From an uncultured Clostridium sp. (GTDB lineage Bacteria; Bacillota; Clostridia; TANB77; CAG-508): a DNA stretch of 64,000 bases. Shown here one piece after another: positions 28,301 through 36,281 of the stretch. Location of the stretch: NCBI GenBank assembly GCA_945946655.1, contig CAMEWM010000001.1:4365-68364 (forward strand). Direction: 5' to 3'. A program made the translations under genes and the position numbers. Below the pieces are notes generated by a model. The model did not search any database. It had not been told where the DNA came from and saw nothing but the letters and a program-made list of their open reading frames with translations. Position 1 is the first letter of the stretch, and every line of letters starts with the position of its first letter.

Positions 28301-28585
28301 TTTTATTTCAAATTCTGATCCACTAATACTTTTTTCTCTTTTAAAATTGTCTAACTCAAATATTCTTTCTGTTTTAGTGTCTTTCTTTTCTTTTATAAAT
28401 GTTGGATTAGTAAAAATAAAATCTAACTCTTTAATATTTTTAAGTTCTTTTTTTAATTCAGAAAAACCATACATAGAAAATACTGCTGATGCTATAAAAC
28501 AACTATCATTTGCTTTTATTTCTTCTTTTAAATCATTTCCAAATTTATTTACTCTATTATCTATTACTTTCATTTTATTCCCCAT
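25322..28585 (-). CDS. SNF2/Rad54-family helicase (about 1085 aa) with non-catalytic N-terminal extension
   Basis: Motif I ILADSVGLGKT, motif II VVIDESHNFRN, motif III LMLSATPVNN, motif VI QRFGRIDRIGS. Alternative start ATG at 28573 behind TGGGGA. Confidence 0.88.
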   Translation of the reverse strand: MGNKMKVIDNRVNKFGNDLKEEIKANDSCFIASAVFSMYGFSELKKELKNIKELDFIFTNPTFIKEKKDTKTERIFELDNFKREKSISGSEFEIKLKNKLNGKAIAKECAEWIKNKAKFKSNVNNNPIQKFMNINDKITYLNVDEFSSAGLGYQKDNTVFNPVTKIDDNYEMTKYYLQSFMELWNNKSVLKDVTDDVIDFISDLYKENSPEFIYYVILYNIFNEFLLDVSEDELANEKTGFKESVIWNKLYDFQKDAVLGIINKLEKYNGCILADSVGLGKTFTSLAVIKYYQERNKSVLVLCPKKLANNWNTYNNEYKDNILAKDRFNYRVLYHTDLSRKKGMSGNIDLSRINWGNFDLVVIDESHNFRNNSARNDRETRYTRLLNDVMKAGVKTKVLMLSATPVNNRFTDLKNQLALAYEGNTDKIDENISKTKSIDTILKNAQTIFNEWSKLPIEERDSQSLLRRLNEDFDFFKLLDSVTIARSRKHIEKYYDMNKIGKFPTRLKPISITSEITNIDNFYSIKEIYDSLTKLSMCVYTPFDYILPNCVTKYEDLYDTKVRGGASKLKQSDREKSLQKLMRINLLKRLESSVDSFRLTIGKILSQINFTIDAIKNFETNGTDATFDDMSIKDYEEDEDILDLMDNDFLIGGKVKINLKDMNTIGWKEDLMYDQFILSDLLKEFQRIQPNNDLKLTELINLIRNKIENPINAGNKKVIVFSAFADTANYLYENVSKVIKLEYGLDTALVTGGGANKCTMNIDKDYNNLLINFSPISKNRDILEGKKDKEIDILIATDCISEGQNLQDCDYLVNYDIHWNPVRIIQRFGRIDRIGSKNSKIQLVNFWPNMNLDDYINLKNRVESRMYMLDISATGEDNVLTNQSSDMEYRKAQLQKLKEEVVDLEDMNTGVSITDLGLNDYRMDLVEYINHNGNLDYVSNGMHSVVLSDEQNGVEKGAIFILKNINANVNIESTNQLHPFYIVYIKENGEILSNHLNVKNTLDLIRYVSKGKKEPIKEAYTKFNEITNDGNDMSKYSDLLNKSITSIIDVKEESDIDSLFRKGGTTMLKNDISGLDDFELIAFVAIV

Positions 28586-28885
28586 TTCATATATGCTTAG
28601 ATTTTATCATATTTTTACAATTTTTACTACTTTTTGTAAGAAATTTGTCATATTTTTGCCATTTTCCAAAAGAGATTTCATAATTTTTAATTTTCTTATT
28701 TAAGAAGGGTTTGGGACTTTCCCAACTATCAAGAACCCTTTGTATGCACAAAGGGGAATCTTGCTAAAAACATTTCTCTTATTTTAGTTCTTTTTGCTCC
28801 AAAACAATGTAAAAAGAAAAGTGACATTTTTATCTGCCACTAATCATTTCACATCTAAAGTAATTTAGCTTATACTCCAGTTATC

Positions 28886-29755
28886 TCAACTATTTTGTAG
28901 CGATTCCCTAATTAGGGAATCGCTCATTCTATGGTCATCGTCCTTAATTTCAATACCACCACACATTTCATATAGTCTTGAAATTATTGAATCAACAATA
29001 CTATAATTTTTATTTATACATAATCTTTCTCTTAATTGATTTCTGTTATAATTTGTGGTTATAACAATCGGCAAATAATTATTATATCTATTATTCACTA
29101 TCAAAAATAATTTTTCTAATACCCATTCTGTTGGCTTTTCTTTTCCTAGATCATCAATCACTAAAAGATCAACACTAGAATATAAATTCAAATAATCTTT
29201 ATCAGAAACTTCTGAATCGCTATATGAATCTCTAATAAAATCTAACAATTGTATTAAAGTTCCAAATATTACTGATTTTCCGTTCTTAATAATTTCATTT
29301 GCAATGCATGATGCTAAATAAGTTTTACCCACACCATAAGCTCCTGTTATAAAAAGTCCTTTATTAGTTGTTCCTTTTATCAATTTATCTACATATTTTT
29401 TAACATTTTCATAAGCATTTTTATTCTTATTTGTTATTTTATAATTTTCAAATGTGCTATTTAATTGACGTTTTCCTAAATTATTATTTTTAAATAATTT
29501 GTTTATTTTACTTAAATTGATTTTTCTTATTTTGTCTTTTTCAATGTATTCATCGTATTGTTGCCAAATTTTACTAGCTTCATTACAGGTACATCTTTCG
29601 TATGCAGTTGCTATATCTTTATAAACAATATTGACATATAGTGCAGTATAATCATTTATATGTAATAACTTTCCACAGAATTTGCACTGCTTGTGCATTT
29701 TATTATCAGTATCTAAAACTATGTCAGAAATCAATTGTTTTGAATCCACTACCAT
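28886..29755 (-). CDS. DnaC/IstB-like AAA+ helicase-loader ATPase
   Basis: Walker A GAYGVGKTYLA, Walker B LLVIDDLGKE, N-terminal CxxC zinc ribbon. Follows the replisome-organizer gene. Confidence 0.8.
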   Translation of the reverse strand: MVVDSKQLISDIVLDTDNKMHKQCKFCGKLLHINDYTALYVNIVYKDIATAYERCTCNEASKIWQQYDEYIEKDKIRKINLSKINKLFKNNNLGKRQLNSTFENYKITNKNKNAYENVKKYVDKLIKGTTNKGLFITGAYGVGKTYLASCIANEIIKNGKSVIFGTLIQLLDFIRDSYSDSEVSDKDYLNLYSSVDLLVIDDLGKEKPTEWVLEKLFLIVNNRYNNYLPIVITTNYNRNQLRERLCINKNYSIVDSIISRLYEMCGGIEIKDDDHRMSDSLIRESLQNS

Positions 29756-30239
29756 TTTCACCTACCTTTATATCATCTTCTAATCTATTATTTTCTATTT
29801 TATTCTTTTCTGTTATATTCTCTTCTTCCACGTTACTTGACGTTTGTGTAACGTTACTTTCTTCTTTTTTCTTATCTCTAAATCTTTTTTGTCTTGCTCT
29901 ATTTTGCTCTAAAATTTTCTCATATTTATCAATACTTTGATACTTATACCAGTTTTTAATTATATATGTATTTTCCTGATATATTAGCATCTCTAAATGG
30001 ATTAATTTGTTCAATATATTTTCCATTTTTGCGTCCGTTTTGTGAATGATTGTTGCAAGTTCATGCACTGTCATCGGATTATTTTCTGAAATCATTAACT
30101 TTCCTTCTTGCATACACTGTCCTGCTATTGTTAATAATTGAATCCATACTCTAAAAAATGTGTCCCCATCACGTTCTTTGAGTAATATTTTGATTTTTGG
30201 ATTTGCAAATATATCTGTAAACACTTTAATCCATTGCAT
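29724..30239 (-). CDS. Phage-type replisome organizer (N-terminal domain) / DnaD-like protein
   Basis: MQWIKVFTDIFANPKIKILLKERDGDTFFRVWIQLLTIAG matches the phage replisome organizer N-terminal pattern. Paired with the DnaC-like gene. Confidence 0.65.
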   Translation of the reverse strand: MQWIKVFTDIFANPKIKILLKERDGDTFFRVWIQLLTIAGQCMQEGKLMISENNPMTVHELATIIHKTDAKMENILNKLIHLEMLIYQENTYIIKNWYKYQSIDKYEKILEQNRARQKRFRDKKKEESNVTQTSSNVEEENITEKNKIENNRLEDDIKVGENGSGFKTIDF

Positions 30240-30251
30240 GTTTTCCCTCCC

Positions 30252-30455
30252 CTACTTTTTTAATGATTCTTGTTCTTTATTGTTTAAGTATTCATCTAGT
30301 GCTTGTACTCTAAATAATACTCTTCCACCAACTCTTGCACATGGTATTTGTTTTCTTCTTACTAATTGGTTTACTAACCAATATGAAATTCCTAAATACT
30401 CTGCTGTTTCTTTCATTGTTAGTGTTTTTCGTTCTACCTTTGGCAATTCTGGCAT
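30252..30455 (-). CDS. Excisionase-family helix-turn-helix protein
   Basis: ATG at 30455 behind GAGGTGA. LTMKETAEYLGISYWLVNQLVRRKQIPCARVGGRVLFRVQALDEYL is an HTH_17 pattern. Confidence 0.7.
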   Translation of the reverse strand: MPELPKVERKTLTMKETAEYLGISYWLVNQLVRRKQIPCARVGGRVLFRVQALDEYLNNKEQESLKK

Positions 30456-30700
30456 ATAATCACCTCTCTTTTTCTTAAATTCTTTATGCAAAAATATGTA
30501 TAAATATTAAATTTTATATATTCTTGCATTTACATTTGTATAATTTAGTTAACTAATTATTATCTATTATTTTAGATGTTTTATTTGCTCTAAAAAACCG
30601 TACAGATAATAATTCTAAAATTTATTTCTATTGTATGGCTATTTCTTTATTTTTTTAATTTGTAAAAAAATTTATGATTTTTGGTATATTTTCCAATATT

Positions 30701-31010
30701 ATTTCGCCTATGTATTCAGAAAGATTAAATCTTAAAAATTTTTTGTAGTTTTACTAAGATTTTTGAGTCTTTCTTCGCCTATTTGTATATAGGAATATTA
30801 AAATTTTAAAATTCTTTATAAATTTTGTGAGATTTTTTAATTTTATTTCGCCTATTATATTAGAAAGCATAAAAATTAATTTTTTTAAATTTTTTGATAG
30901 GTTTTTCCATTTTTCTTCGCCTATTATGTATGAAAGCATAAAAAATTAATTTTTTAAAAATTTTTGGGAATTTTAATACTTTCATTTCGCCTTTTATATA
31001 TAGAAAGGTT
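30701..31010. repeat. Five tandem ~70-bp iteron-like repeats (core TTCGCCTAT), candidate replication origin or Rep operator
   Basis: Core at 30703, 30774, 30847, 30916 and 30986 (spacing 71, 73, 69, 70 bp). Whole units are homologous (TTCGCCTATTAT-TA-GAAAGCATAAAAATTAATTTTTTAAA). A degenerate sixth unit may lie near 30633. Confidence 0.8.
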
Positions 31011-31042
31011 ATAAATTTAATACAAGTTCAAGGAGGAAAATT

Positions 31043-32101
31043 ATGAATTATGAATTAGAAATAGCATTTGACTTCAAAAATTCAAAAGAGTATTTTGTAA
31101 GATACGAACCAATCGAACTAACAGACTCAGAGAAAATACCAGAAAAACTAAAGAATAAAAAATTATATGTTTTTGAAAAAGTTAAACCTAAAGCAAAAAA
31201 TATCGGAACATTTCTGCTTGAATTTCTAAATTTAGATTTTACAAATGCTTTACATTTAAATTATTTTTTAGTGCATTATTTTCTTGTTAATTTTATTGCT
31301 AGTAAAAAGAATTATCTAAATTTTGAATATTATAAAAGTATTGATTTAACATCTGAAATTATGGATAATCCAAAAATAATATTAACAGAAAATGAATTTA
31401 TAGATTATGCTGAAGGGACGAAATTACTTTATTTTAGTTTTATTGACTCTGCTCAATTTGTTTTTAAGAATATCGCAGAAAAAATATATTTCAAGACATT
31501 GTTTGAATCATCTACTGAAGAAGATTCAGATTATGAAAGTCTAAAGATTTTGAAAGATAATGAAACATATGAATCAATTTTAGATAATATATCTGAAAAT
31601 TTTAAAGATATAAAAATGAACTTTGACTTAGATTCTTTCTTTTTAGGTTCTAACACTAATAAGTCAAAAGATAATATTAGGTATTACTATTCTTCTAATG
31701 ACTTTACTTGTCTTTTGTTTATTTGTATGAAAGAATTTATGAATTATAAAAATAGTTTTAGGATTATAAAATGTAAAAATTGTAATCACTATTTTATTCC
31801 TAAAACTGCACATAAGACATTGTATTGTGATAATATTTTTAAAGATGATCTAACTTGTAAGGAATTTGCTGATAAGGTTTCTTCTAGTAGAACATATGCT
31901 AATGATCCTATTTGTAAAAAGTATAGAAATAGATATAAAAATTTGAGTAAACAAGCTTCTATTAGTAATAATCCTGAGGTATTAGCTCTTTATGAAAGAT
32001 ATAAAGTTGATGGTGCTGTAATGCTTGATAAATATAAACATGATGAAATTAGTGGTAGTGATTTTGAGAAATGGATTGATGGGATGAAAATAAGGAAATG
32101 A
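31043..32101 (+). CDS. Hypothetical 352-aa protein with C-terminal Cys-rich (zinc-ribbon-like) region; candidate iteron-binding initiator
   Basis: GGAGG RBS. CKNCNHYF...YCDN...TCKEF...ICKKY cysteine cluster. Lies directly downstream of the iterons. Confidence 0.6.
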   Translation: MNYELEIAFDFKNSKEYFVRYEPIELTDSEKIPEKLKNKKLYVFEKVKPKAKNIGTFLLEFLNLDFTNALHLNYFLVHYFLVNFIASKKNYLNFEYYKSIDLTSEIMDNPKIILTENEFIDYAEGTKLLYFSFIDSAQFVFKNIAEKIYFKTLFESSTEEDSDYESLKILKDNETYESILDNISENFKDIKMNFDLDSFFLGSNTNKSKDNIRYYYSSNDFTCLLFICMKEFMNYKNSFRIIKCKNCNHYFIPKTAHKTLYCDNIFKDDLTCKEFADKVSSSRTYANDPICKKYRNRYKNLSKQASISNNPEVLALYERYKVDGAVMLDKYKHDEISGSDFEKWIDGMKIRK

Positions 32102-32107
32102 ATAGAA

Positions 32108-32134
32108 TTTAAAGTGCAAAAATTGCACTTTAAA
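32108..32134. terminator. Perfect 12-bp palindrome between convergent genes (probable bidirectional terminator)
   Basis: TTTAAAGTGCAA-AAA-TTGCACTTTAAA. No strong U-tract, so the terminator call is tentative. Confidence 0.45.
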
Positions 32135-32161
32135 AATTCTAATATAAAAAAATTACAAACA

Positions 32162-32689
32162 TTATTCTTTATTACTATTTATTAATATCTTTATTAGTGT
32201 ATTAAACGTATAAATTGATAAAAAAACTCTTATAACACATCGTATTATTAATTCAATTATTATAGCAACAAAAATAAAGTTGATAATATAATTAAGTCCA
32301 TATGTAGTAAAATAAAATATAATTGAAACTATTAATAACAATCCTAATGAATATGAACTTTTTATAAATAGTTCATATATATCATTAAAGGATTTATTAT
32401 TTATCAGTAATATTAATGGATTACTATTATTGTCTTTATTTTTTTTGTATTTTTCATCTGTTTTAAATACTATAAAAATAGATAAAAATGTTAAAATAAA
32501 CCCAAATAATGTTCCCGATGTAGAAATTATCATATTTAAAATTTCTGTTTTTTGTGTTGCAAAGTATTCTATTAACGTTTTATTAAAACATAGTAAAGTT
32601 ATTATTGCTATAACTATAGATATCAATAAATTATATTTTAAAATAAAATCTAATATGCCGTCTCTTATATCTATTATTTTATCTTTCAT
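32162..32689 (-). CDS. Small 4-TM membrane protein (175 aa)
   Basis: Four hydrophobic segments. Starts 10 nt after the stop of the 315-aa ORF. Confidence 0.6.
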   Translation of the reverse strand: MKDKIIDIRDGILDFILKYNLLISIVIAIITLLCFNKTLIEYFATQKTEILNMIISTSGTLFGFILTFLSIFIVFKTDEKYKKNKDNNSNPLILLINNKSFNDIYELFIKSSYSLGLLLIVSIIFYFTTYGLNYIINFIFVAIIIELIIRCVIRVFLSIYTFNTLIKILINSNKE

Positions 32690-32698
32690 AAAACACCT

Positions 32699-33646
32699 CT
32701 ATTTAATATATTTATTATATATATTATTATATGCTTCCTTTATTTTTTCATAAAAATTTTCAGATTCGATTTGATCAGGCTCTAAAGTAATTCCTGTTGT
32801 TAAGATATCTCTTGAATAGTTTACTGCAATTTGCTCATTTAATTCATTTATTCCAACTATATCCAATTTAAAATATTTTTCCGTATCTTCATCTTCTATT
32901 TTTAATTCATTAATGCTATTTTTTAATTCTTCTGCATCATAATATGGTTGTTTATTTTTCTTTGTTATTCTATTAGGTTTTATTTCTATTGTTATTGTTT
33001 GTTCAACATCTGTAGTTCTTTTGGTAAGATCCAATGCTGCAGATGCTGCTTTAAAAAAGCCTTTATTAGACGCCTTTTCACTTAATAAGAATTTACTGCT
33101 TGTTGTAAATTTAAAAGATTTGATTTGTTGTAATGAATTAAATTTCTTTTGCTTATTTTTATTTAGTAAATTTTTAAATTCAATCCAATATTTCATTTTA
33201 AGTTTTGTTTTTATATAATTAGCTAAACTAGGAGAATGTGATGATTTCGCATTATATTCAAATGCCATTACTTTCATGTCTAAAAATATTACAAAATGAG
33301 ATATTTCAGCTATACTAGCTGTACTAGATATTGTATCTTTTAAAAATTTTATTTTTCCATTTTCTTCATATCGTGTCAAACCAGAATCATCTGCATTAAT
33401 AAGTTTGCCTTCAATATAATTATCATTAATTGTATCTATTTCAACAAAATCATAAGTTCCATTTGCTTTTTTTAAATACATTGAATAATCTAGGTGTTCC
33501 TTATCAAATGGCATTTTATCAAATGAGCAAAATAATTCTTGAATATCTTTTTTGAAATCTTTTGATAAAACATAAGAATTTGTTTCTTTATCATATGTTC
33601 GTAATTCTATATCATAGAAATAAATTTGTCTTTTTATTTTTCTCAT
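32699..33646 (-). CDS. Orphan soluble protein (315 aa)
   Basis: Clean ORF with no motif recognised. Forms a two-gene unit with the 4-TM protein. Confidence 0.65.
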   Translation of the reverse strand: MRKIKRQIYFYDIELRTYDKETNSYVLSKDFKKDIQELFCSFDKMPFDKEHLDYSMYLKKANGTYDFVEIDTINDNYIEGKLINADDSGLTRYEENGKIKFLKDTISSTASIAEISHFVIFLDMKVMAFEYNAKSSHSPSLANYIKTKLKMKYWIEFKNLLNKNKQKKFNSLQQIKSFKFTTSSKFLLSEKASNKGFFKAASAALDLTKRTTDVEQTITIEIKPNRITKKNKQPYYDAEELKNSINELKIEDEDTEKYFKLDIVGINELNEQIAVNYSRDILTTGITLEPDQIESENFYEKIKEAYNNIYNKYIK

Positions 33647-33850
33647 GTTATTTTCTCCCCCATAAAAGAATATTTAGCAAATTATATCAAATTATGTCAT
33701 ATTATTCAATATATTTTCCTACATTCCCCTACATTTTCCGATTTTCCCGCTCATATCCCCTGTCGGGTTTTGTTTTCCAATCAAAAAATGTTACAATAAA
33801 AACATAGTAATACAAACAATTACTAAAAACAACAGAAAGGAGGCAAAAAA

Positions 33851-35050
33851 GTGACAGGTAGTATTGAAAAGCGAGGAAAAAACAGTTACAGGCTAGTAGT
33901 ATTCAAAGGATATGACCTAGATGGCAGACCAATAAGACATCAAAAAACAATACACTGCAAGAAAAAATCAGAAGCACAAATAGAACTTGCAAAATTTCTA
34001 ACAGAAGTAGAAAGTGGACTAATAGTAGACGGAAACATCCCAACATTTGCACAATATGTGGAAATATGGACAAAGGATTACGCATTAAAAAAACTAGCAC
34101 CATCAACTTATTATAGATATAAACGCATGCTAGAAACAAGGATAACTCCATATTTTGGACATTATAAACTAAATAAAATCAAACCAACAGACATAATGAG
34201 ATTTTATGATTTACTTGAAGAAGATACTCAAATTGTTAGAAGAAAAAATAATAATGGAAAGAAAACAAGAAAGCCCTTATCTCAAAAGACAATATTAGAG
34301 CACCATCGTTTGCTATCAGCAATGCTTCATAGAGCAGTATATTGGCAACTTATTGTAAGCAATCCTGCTGAACGTGTTCAACCACCGAAAACATCTAAGC
34401 CATTAAGACGTCATTATGATGAAGAACAAACTAAAATTCTTGTTGATAATTTGCAAAAGTTAAAAGGCAATCAAATTAAATATCGTACTGCAATTTTACT
34501 TGATATTTTTACTGGAGCAAGGCTTGGTGAACTTGTTGGGCTTGAATGGAGTGATATTGATTTAAAAAATGGTATTATCAATATTAATAAGTCTAGTCAA
34601 TATCTTTCTGAAAAAGGAGTTTTTACTGAGGCACCTAAAACAGAAAGTTCAATAAGAGATGTTGCAATACCTGATTTTATTGTTTCTTTACTTGAGGAAT
34701 ATAAGTTATGGTATGATGAACAAAAAGCGATTGTAGGCGATTTCTGGCACGAATCTAATAGGTTATTTGTTCAAGATGATGGTAAACCTATTAATCCATC
34801 TACAATTAGCAAATGGTTTGAACAGTTTGTTAAAAAGATTGGATTGCCTGTAATTAATTTTCATGGTTTGAGACATACAAATGCAACTCTTCTTATTTCA
34901 CAACAAGTTGATGTTGCAACAGTATCTGCTAGGCTTGGTCATGCACAAATTACTACTACATACAATTTCTATGTTCACCCACTAAAATCTCATGATAGGA
35001 CTGCTGGAAATGTATTAGAGAATTTGTTAATTTCAAGCAAGGCAAATTAG
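33851..35050 (+). CDS. Tyrosine recombinase / integrase (Tn916-Int/phage-integrase type)
   Basis: GTG start behind AAAGGAGG. N-terminal arm-binding-like SIEKRGKNSYRLVV. Catalytic TGARLGEL and HGLRHTNATLLI...LGHAQITTTYNFYVH. Confidence 0.9.
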   Translation: MTGSIEKRGKNSYRLVVFKGYDLDGRPIRHQKTIHCKKKSEAQIELAKFLTEVESGLIVDGNIPTFAQYVEIWTKDYALKKLAPSTYYRYKRMLETRITPYFGHYKLNKIKPTDIMRFYDLLEEDTQIVRRKNNNGKKTRKPLSQKTILEHHRLLSAMLHRAVYWQLIVSNPAERVQPPKTSKPLRRHYDEEQTKILVDNLQKLKGNQIKYRTAILLDIFTGARLGELVGLEWSDIDLKNGIININKSSQYLSEKGVFTEAPKTESSIRDVAIPDFIVSLLEEYKLWYDEQKAIVGDFWHESNRLFVQDDGKPINPSTISKWFEQFVKKIGLPVINFHGLRHTNATLLISQQVDVATVSARLGHAQITTTYNFYVHPLKSHDRTAGNVLENLLISSKAN

Positions 35051-35183
35051 TAATTCAATATTATCTATAAATCTTTTTTGTGACTCTCATATTTATATTT
35101 TTTTGATTTACTTTGTTGCAAAAATAACTTTAAGAATTTTTATGAAATTAGCTTTTCTTAGAGGTTCTATGTCAATTGGGAAG

Positions 35184-35208
35184 TTGATCCCCAATTTCTC
35201 CCCAATTT
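35184..35208 (+). repeat. Right copy of the 25-bp direct repeat (candidate attR core)
   Basis: Exact match to 13090-13114. Confidence 0.7.
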
Positions 35209-35458
35209 GACATAATAGTGCTATTTTTAAGCATTATAGTAACCAATTTGAAGGCAGCAAAAAATCGCCACAACCACTCAAGCTGTAACGATTAAATCAA
35301 AATTGTAAAGCAAAATTATTTCAAACTCGCCTTAGAGTTATGAGTTCCATTAATATTGCACGTTTATCATAATTTCTAAACCTATTCTAGCTTCTTAAGT
35401 TCGGTTCCATTTATAGTTCACTGTTATAATATTATTTAATTCTATTTTGCATTCATTA

Positions 35459-36163
35459 TCATTTCTTTAATTTTTTATATCCCCAATATCCACCGCCGCC
35501 TAATACTCCTAAAGCCATGATTCCTCCCAATGTATTTGAATCTTCTTGATTATTTGTTGTAGTATTATTGTTTTGGCTCGTTGTTTGTGTATTAATTGTT
35601 GTAGTATTTTCTTCTTTTCGCGATTCTTTTATATTTATTTTTATCTTGCTTGTTTTTCCATTAGTGCTAGTTGCCGTTATATATACTGTTCCATATTTTT
35701 TTGCAACAACTTCTCCTGTTGCGCTAACTGTTGCAATACTTTCATCACTTGATTTCCATGTAATATTTTTATCAGTTGCATTATCTGGTGTTATTGTAGC
35801 AGTCAGTTTTTGACTTTCTCCTTCTTTCATACTTGTTACATTTTCATTTATTTTAATATCTGTTACTACTATTGTAGTTGGCACCGTAGATGTTGTTTTT
35901 GTACTTGATTCTGAAGAGCTTGAAGTACTGCTTTTACTTGATGAAGAACTAGATGAATATGGACAAACTCCATTAGTATGTAAATGCGCTGGATGTCCCC
36001 CACAATGATAATGATATGATCCTAATCCACTCTTGTTATTATTATCTCTATGTCCTCCATTTGCATCAGTCCTTCCTGAATGTGCATAAGTATAATTACC
36101 CATGCAAATTATAGTTACAATTGCCATTAATACAGATATTATTCTTTTCATATTTCTTTTCAT
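35459..36163 (-). CDS. Secreted/anchored YHYH-motif protein with Big_2 (bacterial Ig-like) domain
   Basis: Signal peptide, GLGSYHYHCGGHPAHLH, Ser-rich linker, Big_2-like ITPDNATDKNITWKSSDESIATVSATGEV, C-terminal TM. Confidence 0.75.
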   Translation of the reverse strand: MKRNMKRIISVLMAIVTIICMGNYTYAHSGRTDANGGHRDNNNKSGLGSYHYHCGGHPAHLHTNGVCPYSSSSSSSKSSTSSSSESSTKTTSTVPTTIVVTDIKINENVTSMKEGESQKLTATITPDNATDKNITWKSSDESIATVSATGEVVAKKYGTVYITATSTNGKTSKIKINIKESRKEENTTTINTQTTSQNNNTTTNNQEDSNTLGGIMALGVLGGGGYWGYKKLKK

Positions 36164-36281
36164 ACAAAATCCTCCCATTAATATAAATATATAATATCAT
36201 CTTTATTTTAAAAAGTTTATCGAATTTTGTAGAAATTACTTTTTTTCTGTATTATTATATTTTTAGAAAGTAGGTGTTCCC

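Larger units (their letters stand above)
13090..35208. mobile_element. Putative ~22.1 kb integrative element / defence island bounded by 25-bp perfect direct repeats
   Basis: TTGATCCCCAATTTCTCCCCAATTT occurs at 13090-13114 and 35184-35208 in the same orientation. A tyrosine integrase ends 134 bp inside the right repeat. Internal xis-like HTH, replication module and iterons. No conjugation genes. Confidence 0.5.

Noticed and set aside
18852-28585. Assignment of the SNF2 + methylase cluster to DISARM or BREX.
   Set aside because: No DrmA (DUF1998-partner helicase), DrmB or DrmC/PLD genes are present, and no PglZ, BrxC or BrxL. The nuclease-helicase is a canonical Type III Res (TGTGKT, DEPQ, C-terminal ETKG).
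30754-30939. 61-aa minus-strand ORF in the track.
   Set aside because: It lies wholly within the tandem repeats. Its sequence is internally duplicated (MLSYIIGEEKWKNL... and MLSNIIGEIKLKNL...) simply because the DNA is repeated, and there is no RBS.
30701-31010. The ~70-bp periodic repeats could be a CRISPR array.
   Set aside because: The inter-core segments are homologous to each other (AAAATTAATTTTTTAAA...TTTTTG), so there are no unique spacers. There is no palindromic repeat and no cas genes. The region is better explained as diverged tandem iterons.
33903-34151. 82-aa minus-strand ORF inside the second integrase gene.
   Set aside because: It is antisense to a well-supported integrase reading frame, with no RBS or motif.
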